Position numbers and translations under genes: made by a program | The notes under the pieces: model-generated | The model's input: only the letters and a program-made list of their open reading frames with translations | What the model was told of the DNA's origin: nothing | Database searches by the model: none | Virus record (IMG/VR): IMGVR_UViG_3300031577_000012 | Coordinates: 1-28,611 of that record | Direction: 5' to 3' (one strand) | Source of the DNA: a virus | Taxonomy: Duplodnaviria > Caudoviricetes | Length of the DNA: 28,611 nucleotides | Shown here: one piece after another, positions 23,813 through 28,611 of the stretch | Position numbering within the stretch: position 1 is the stretch's first letter | Layout of the letters: each line of letters starts with the position of its first letter

Positions 23813-26452
23813 TTGAGCGATACAATTGTTATAACCTTGGATGACGCATCTTCTGCGGCTTCTTACGCAACAGCGGCGGCGGCAAGCGCAGCAGCGGCGG
23901 CGGCAAGCGCAACGACAGCAACAACCGAAGCAACGGCGGCAGAAGAAGCGGCCACCAACGCGCAAACATACTATACAGACGTACAAACTATTTTACAAAG
24001 TTCAGCAACATATACAACTTCCATAAATCAACTAACATTAGAAGAGTCTACAGGATACGGAATTGTTACCGGATTAGAAGTATCAGCACAATCTACAGCT
24101 AATATGACGGTTGCTGTTGCGGCAGGTACTGTTCATTTGCCAAGCGGTTACCGTTATGCCATATCAGCAGTATCTTCTCAGACGATTAGCAATGCCGATA
24201 GTACAAAGCCAAGAATCGATTTAATTTATGTAAGCTCAGCCGGGGCGGTTACTTATGAAGCTGGTGAACTCGGAACAGTGGCAGTCGCTGGTAGTGATAC
24301 TTACACACTGACAACTAATTTCGCAAGCGGAGATACTATCGTTTTTGACGGCATTACCTTCACGGTCACGACAGCAACACAAGATTCGACGGATTTTGTT
24401 CTTGGTAGCACCATAGCAACATCAATGACTAACTTCGCAACTGCTCTAAACGCCAATTCTACGATAAGCGCCACATATACGGCAACCGTAAACGATGGGG
24501 TTATAACTGTTGCCGAGACTACAGCAGGTGGCGGTAATATGCCGGGTAGCATGACTGTAACCGGAACAGGCGTTATTACCGCTGGAACGGCAACAACCTC
24601 AACAGAGGCAAGCGCAACAACTCCAACCTTGCCGAGCGGCGCATTGTCTTTAGCACAAATATCTGTAACGGCTAATGCAACCGCAATAACTGCTACAGAT
24701 ATTACAGATACTAGAATATTAAAGACCGAAGCAAAGGAATATATTGACGGTATCAACGCAATGTATCCTCCTGAACCATTAGTAGGAATAAGAGGAGACG
24801 GCACTAGTGATGATACAAGCCGTTTAAAAAGCATTGTAAGTTATGCAAAAACCAATTCGGCTAAAGTTTTTATTCCACCGTGTACCGTTCTAACGTCTTC
24901 GCCTATTCAGCTTTACGATAATGTTGCGGTTATCGGTTCCGGCATAAATTCAACGATAATGTTAAATACAGCAACATCGGTATTTGTTAATTATGATCCA
25001 GATAATCCAACAGATACCGATAGTTGGAGTAATAATATAAATATTGAGGGTGTAGGTTTTAGAGGTGACACAGATACAAGCCAGACCGTGCCTCATCTCA
25101 CAAGTGATACCAGTAGTTTAAATAAGCATTTATTTGTTGATTGCTCCTATAGTGTATCGAGTTATACAGACTCAAATACAGGATTAACAGTAACGCATTC
25201 TTATTCTTATAGTACAGACGCAAGGTGCGCGGTTCATCTTTGCATTGGTTCAAGTTCTCGCCTTGACAATCTTTATGCAGAAGGTTTTGATATAGGTTTC
25301 CAATTAGAAGGTGGAAGTATGTATAAGATTGATAAGCTTTCTGCATCATGGAACAAAATAGCGTTTGCAACTAATTACGACCCTGTGAACAATAGTACAA
25401 AAACTACTACAATTAGTATGAATACCTGCGATTTTTCATACAATTATATTGATTTGAAATTAAAAGAGTGCCAGGATTCTAATTTCGTTAATGTTAATTA
25501 TGACAGAGCATCGTTAGGGCTATGGTTAATTAATGTTTATGGTTTAAAATTTGAATCAACTTATTGCGAAATAGTATACGATGCTGTTCTTAATGAAGGT
25601 TCTTACGGCAATGACAATATAATGGAAAAATGTTATTTTTATTGGGTAAATGATAGCGGGACAATAAAATTACAACGCGGCAAATGGTATTTAAAGTCTC
25701 TTCGCGGAGGATGCGCGATTAATATAGCAAATAGTACAGCTAGTGTAGTGATAACCGACCTAGATACTAGCTATACAGTAACACGAAGCACTAGCTATCC
25801 TTATTCTTACATCGTTGGGAGCAGTGAAAGATTAATTAATTTGCTTTATCCCGACCCTTTCTTTTTGTTGAATGGGACAATGATTACTTATGGCGCGGGG
25901 ATTAGTTCGGTAACGTATTCGGCTGATAGCGAATGTTCAGCTAAAAATATATTAGTAGCGGTCGGCACAGCAGGAACACAAGCGTCAAACGGGTTGCGAA
26001 TAGCTTTACCTTCTAGCATAACAATACCACAGGACACGCCTATCAGAATTAATTTTGAATATCAATATACAGGGAGCGATACGGTTGCCGCCGCTCCGAT
26101 AGGTATTAAATATGGTTCAAATTTATTAGCGCATAAAACATTAACCACGGCAACTGAATGGACAACATACGAGGATGCTCTAATGTCTACAAGCGGTTAT
26201 TTGTCTCCTACTTATACCTATGGAACAGGCGGTTTTTCTGGTACGTTATCTATTCGTAATTTATTTATATATATCGGAGAACAAAAGCCAATATATAATG
26301 ATTTGTACGCCCCGTTGGGACAAGCTTGTACAACCGCTAATAGACCAACAAAAGGGATTATAGCGGGATATTCTATATTTGATTCGACTCTTGGATACCC
26401 AATATGGTATAGCGGTTCAGCATGGGTTAATTACGCTGGTACTACTGTATGA
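23813..26452 (+). CDS. Tail fibre/spike with a predicted beta-helix (pectin-lyase-like) receptor-binding or depolymerase domain
   Basis: Ala-rich coil, then an anchor domain (GLEV...MTVAVAAG...PRIDLI...LAQISV...ITDTR). Beta-helix entry motif GDGTSDDT...VFIPP, a possible carbohydrate-binding domain, and C-terminal TTANRP...FDSTLGYPIW..W motif. Confidence 0.85.
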   Translation: MSDTIVITLDDASSAASYATAAAASAAAAAASATTATTEATAAEEAATNAQTYYTDVQTILQSSATYTTSINQLTLEESTGYGIVTGLEVSAQSTANMTVAVAAGTVHLPSGYRYAISAVSSQTISNADSTKPRIDLIYVSSAGAVTYEAGELGTVAVAGSDTYTLTTNFASGDTIVFDGITFTVTTATQDSTDFVLGSTIATSMTNFATALNANSTISATYTATVNDGVITVAETTAGGGNMPGSMTVTGTGVITAGTATTSTEASATTPTLPSGALSLAQISVTANATAITATDITDTRILKTEAKEYIDGINAMYPPEPLVGIRGDGTSDDTSRLKSIVSYAKTNSAKVFIPPCTVLTSSPIQLYDNVAVIGSGINSTIMLNTATSVFVNYDPDNPTDTDSWSNNINIEGVGFRGDTDTSQTVPHLTSDTSSLNKHLFVDCSYSVSSYTDSNTGLTVTHSYSYSTDARCAVHLCIGSSSRLDNLYAEGFDIGFQLEGGSMYKIDKLSASWNKIAFATNYDPVNNSTKTTTISMNTCDFSYNYIDLKLKECQDSNFVNVNYDRASLGLWLINVYGLKFESTYCEIVYDAVLNEGSYGNDNIMEKCYFYWVNDSGTIKLQRGKWYLKSLRGGCAINIANSTASVVITDLDTSYTVTRSTSYPYSYIVGSSERLINLLYPDPFFLLNGTMITYGAGISSVTYSADSECSAKNILVAVGTAGTQASNGLRIALPSSITIPQDTPIRINFEYQYTGSDTVAAAPIGIKYGSNLLAHKTLTTATEWTTYEDALMSTSGYLSPTYTYGTGGFSGTLSIRNLFIYIGEQKPIYNDLYAPLGQACTTANRPTKGIIAGYSIFDSTLGYPIWYSGSAWVNYAGTTV
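23871..23911 (+). repeat. In-frame tandem repeat with 21-bp period
   Basis: CAGCGGCGGCGGCAAGCGCA occurs at 23871-23890 and again at 23892-23911, encoding Ala/Ser heptads. Confidence 0.85.
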
Positions 26453-26754
26453 TTAGACTAATATTTAGAACATTAATACTCATCACAACTTTAATCATCG
26501 TTCCGCCTATATGTTCAGCTAATGTTGTGCATCAAGCAGAAAATTCTATACCAATGGACAAATGGGCACATATCGGTGCCGGTTATATAATTAATGACCA
26601 ACTAAATAGATATACAAAATTGACACCGCTGGAAAGATTTCTGGCGGTGTCTTGCATTGCCTACACAAAGGAAAAGTTTGCAGATAGTAAATTTGACCAT
26701 GGTGACATTAATGCAACTATGGTCGGGGCATTGTTGTATGGGGTTGAATTTTAA
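26449..26754 (+). CDS. Exported/membrane protein with a DK..H motif (YfiM/DUF2279-like)
   Basis: Signal-peptide-like N-terminus, then DKWAHIGAG...KE..D..F...D..A...GA. ATGA overlap with the fibre gene. Confidence 0.6.
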   Translation: MIRLIFRTLILITTLIIVPPICSANVVHQAENSIPMDKWAHIGAGYIINDQLNRYTKLTPLERFLAVSCIAYTKEKFADSKFDHGDINATMVGALLYGVEF

Positions 26755-26772
26755 CTAGAGAGTAGGTGTAAT

Positions 26773-26937
26773 ATGGGAAACGAAATAGAGGGGGCAGTCG
26801 CTAAAACTATTCCACCAGCGGCAGTAACGACATTGACATTTTTAAACATACAACTGGCAGATTGGGTGTATATCCTTACTGCAATATATCTACTATTACA
26901 GATCATTTACTTAGCGAAAAAGATTATTAGGAAGTGA
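26773..26937 (+). CDS. Holin resembling T7 gp17.5, not in the ORF track
   Basis: MGNEIEGAVAKTIPPAAVTTLTFLNIQLADWVYILTAIYLLLQIIYLAKKIIRK*. L.DW.Y....Y...QI motif, basic C-terminus, AGGTG RBS, and 4 nt upstream of the endolysin. Confidence 0.8.
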   Translation: MGNEIEGAVAKTIPPAAVTTLTFLNIQLADWVYILTAIYLLLQIIYLAKKIIRK

Positions 26938-26941
26938 AAGA

Positions 26942-27511
26942 ATGCAATTAGATGATATTCGAAAATTAGCGCAAGCGGCAAAGGGTAATATCAATAAAAT
27001 TTACATTCACTGGACTGCTGGGCATTACGGTCAACAGTTTAACGATTATCATATCCTAGTTGATAAAGACGGCTCACTCTACGCTACAGTAGATGACCTT
27101 ACAACTCATTTGAACCATACTTACATGCGGAATACTGGGGCAGTGGCAATTGGGGTGTTATGCGCTTATCAGGCGCACTCAACAGATAACCTTGGCGAAG
27201 AACCACCCACAGACGCACAAATTGAAGCTATAGCGCAGGTAATAGCGGTGCTGGCTGAAGAGTTAGAAATAAACATCGATATTCAGCACGTTATGACACA
27301 TGCTGAAGCGGCCAATAATCTTGATGGCTATAATCCTGGATATGAAGATAATGGTTGTGTAAATGGTATTTATGGCCCAACTCCTAAGCCTGACGGAAGT
27401 CCTGGCGGTACTACTGAAAGATGGGATTTTTTGGTAGTTAAGGCGGGAGATAAGTTATGGTCAGGCGGTGACACATTAAGGGGAAAAGCAATATATTACT
27501 TAAATCATTAA
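26942..27511 (+). CDS. Endolysin, N-acetylmuramoyl-L-alanine amidase (Amidase_2-type), catalytic domain only
   Basis: IYIHWTAG, YHILVDKDG, HT..RNTGAVAI, PTDAQIEA and VMTHAE motifs. No cell-wall-binding repeat. Confidence 0.9.
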   Translation: MQLDDIRKLAQAAKGNINKIYIHWTAGHYGQQFNDYHILVDKDGSLYATVDDLTTHLNHTYMRNTGAVAIGVLCAYQAHSTDNLGEEPPTDAQIEAIAQVIAVLAEELEINIDIQHVMTHAEAANNLDGYNPGYEDNGCVNGIYGPTPKPDGSPGGTTERWDFLVVKAGDKLWSGGDTLRGKAIYYLNH

Positions 27512-27539
27512 TTTAAAATTAATTTTAAAAGGTGATTAA

Positions 27540-28268
27540 ATGACACCTATACAATTAAACCAAATAATCGAATCCCTAGCTAAATCGCCCTTTGTACAGT
27601 CCGAAATGGAAGCTGTCAAAGTGGCGATTTTTAGTTATGCCAAAGCAGAGGCAGAAGCAGCTATTCCATACGGATTAAAGACCGCTTGTCACTTACTGCA
27701 ATGGCTATATAAAAAAATAAAAGGAGAGTGTTCACACATGGCAGGAATTGCAACTATTACAGTCAACGACGGGACTAATGCACTGGAAGGAGTATCAATC
27801 GCTTATACAGTCAGTAGCGTATCATGTACGGCTACAACCGACAGTACAGGTATTGCTACTATTGAAGGTTTAGAAGCTGGTAGCTATGAATTTACGGCTA
27901 CTCTATCAGGCTATACCAGCGCAAGCGTTACGCTAACCGTTACCGACGATACCACTATTACTGGAACTATTTCATTAACTAAGGAGAGTGAAACTACTGT
28001 GTCAAACGAAATTACTACTGCTGTTACTACCGCTGCTATTGCGGCCGCTGAAACAAGCTTAGCTTCAACCGCTACTACCACTACTACGGGAATTGCTGAT
28101 ACCATCAACGCTAAAATTACCGAACTTACCAACGAAATCAAAAATACGGATAGTGCATGGGTAAAAGCGAGAGATTCTATTGAAATTGCGGCATTGGCTG
28201 GCGCATTGGCTGGTATTGTCGCAGGTCTGAAACAGGGAATTGAAGAACTAAAAGATAAAATTTCCTAA
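27540..28268 (+). CDS. Ig/transthyretin-like domain protein with a C-terminal helical and hydrophobic segment; second in-frame start at 27738
   Basis: ITVNDGTNALEGVSI...ATTDSTGIATIEGLEAGSYEFTATLSGY is a CarboxypepD_reg-like pattern. RBSs lie at both ATG 27540 (AAGGTGA) and ATG 27738 (AAGGAG). Confidence 0.75.
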   Translation: MTPIQLNQIIESLAKSPFVQSEMEAVKVAIFSYAKAEAEAAIPYGLKTACHLLQWLYKKIKGECSHMAGIATITVNDGTNALEGVSIAYTVSSVSCTATTDSTGIATIEGLEAGSYEFTATLSGYTSASVTLTVTDDTTITGTISLTKESETTVSNEITTAVTTAAIAAAETSLASTATTTTTGIADTINAKITELTNEIKNTDSAWVKARDSIEIAALAGALAGIVAGLKQGIEELKDKIS

Positions 28269-28283
28269 TAAGCAGTTACTACA

Positions 28284-28317
28284 AAGCCCCGGTCTTAATT
28301 GATCGGGGCTTATTTTT
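28284..28317 (+). terminator. Intrinsic terminator ending the late operon
   Basis: AAGCCCCGGTC-TTAATT-GATCGGGGCTT followed by ATTTTT. Confidence 0.85.
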
Positions 28318-28388
28318 ATATAGTTTTCAAACCATGGCGCCCATCAACAGTTGGCGCCAACTTTATATATGGGAGAGTTGATATTATA

Positions 28389-28611
28389 ATGAAGGTAAAT
28401 GTATTATTCTATTACGGCACGAACTGGATAGGTAAGATTATTGACACTGTAGAGGGCAAAGGCAAAGACCCAAGCCATACGGGCATATTTATGTTTGGCT
28501 ATCTCCTAGAGGCAATGGAACATGGCTTTATTGAGTCGCCTGTCGATGAATATAAGGATTGCGATACTAAGATTATTACTGTTGATGTACCAAGTTTACA
28601 GGCGGCAGAAG
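28389..28611 (+). CDS. Probable permuted papain-like (YiiX/YebB-type NlpC/P60) enzyme, 3'-truncated
   Basis: MKVNVLFYYGTNWIGKIIDTVEGKGKDPSHTGIFMFGYLLEAMEHG... shows the SH.GI and EA...G motifs. GGGAG RBS. The frame is open to the window end, so the catalytic Cys would lie outside. Confidence 0.65.
   Translation, partial: MKVNVLFYYGTNWIGKIIDTVEGKGKDPSHTGIFMFGYLLEAMEHGFIESPVDEYKDCDTKIITVDVPSLQAAE

Noticed and set aside
13173-24601. Duplicated domain as a diversity-generating retroelement template/variable repeat pair
   Set aside because: The copies differ at all base types rather than only at adenines, both are in-frame internal domains, and no reverse transcriptase is present in the window.
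1-28611. tRNA, rRNA, introns, inteins or IS elements
   Set aside because: Intergenic gaps are short and explained by RBSs and hairpins. TerL, portal core and tape measure are uninterrupted, and I recognised no transposase or homing-endonuclease motifs. A covariance-model scan was not possible.

Overview
This window is the late region of a tailed dsDNA phage or prophage with siphovirus organisation, and every credible gene lies on the + strand. It opens with a partial metallophosphoesterase, a Zn-ribbon dATP/dGTP diphosphohydrolase-like gene and the terminase large subunit. A small tyrosine-recombinase cassette and an ArpU/RinA-like late activator, with repeat-flanked late promoter, follow. 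Next come the head genes (portal-MuF fusion, XkdF-like protease/scaffold, major capsid protein), neck genes, tail tube, a chaperone with a -1 frameshift site and the tape measure protein. The tail tip is GTA/lambda-like (DUF2460, DUF2163, NlpC/P60, gpJ/megatron-like), followed by fibre genes, a lysis cassette (T7-type holin, amidase), a terminator and a partial permuted NlpC/P60-like gene. Firmicutes-type regulatory signals combined with a diderm-type tail tip and lysis genes suggest a Negativicutes-like host (inference). The most notable observations are: (1) a 108-aa Thr/Ala-rich domain (about 52% identical, ungapped, hand-aligned) inserted in both the tail tube and the tail fibre, with further inserts in the capsid and tip proteins; (2) terL lying upstream of the late promoter; (3) a tail-terminator gene with no canonical start codon; (4) a lysis cassette with no recognisable spanin but two unexplained membrane-associated genes. 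All family assignments come from motif recognition by eye, not database searches.
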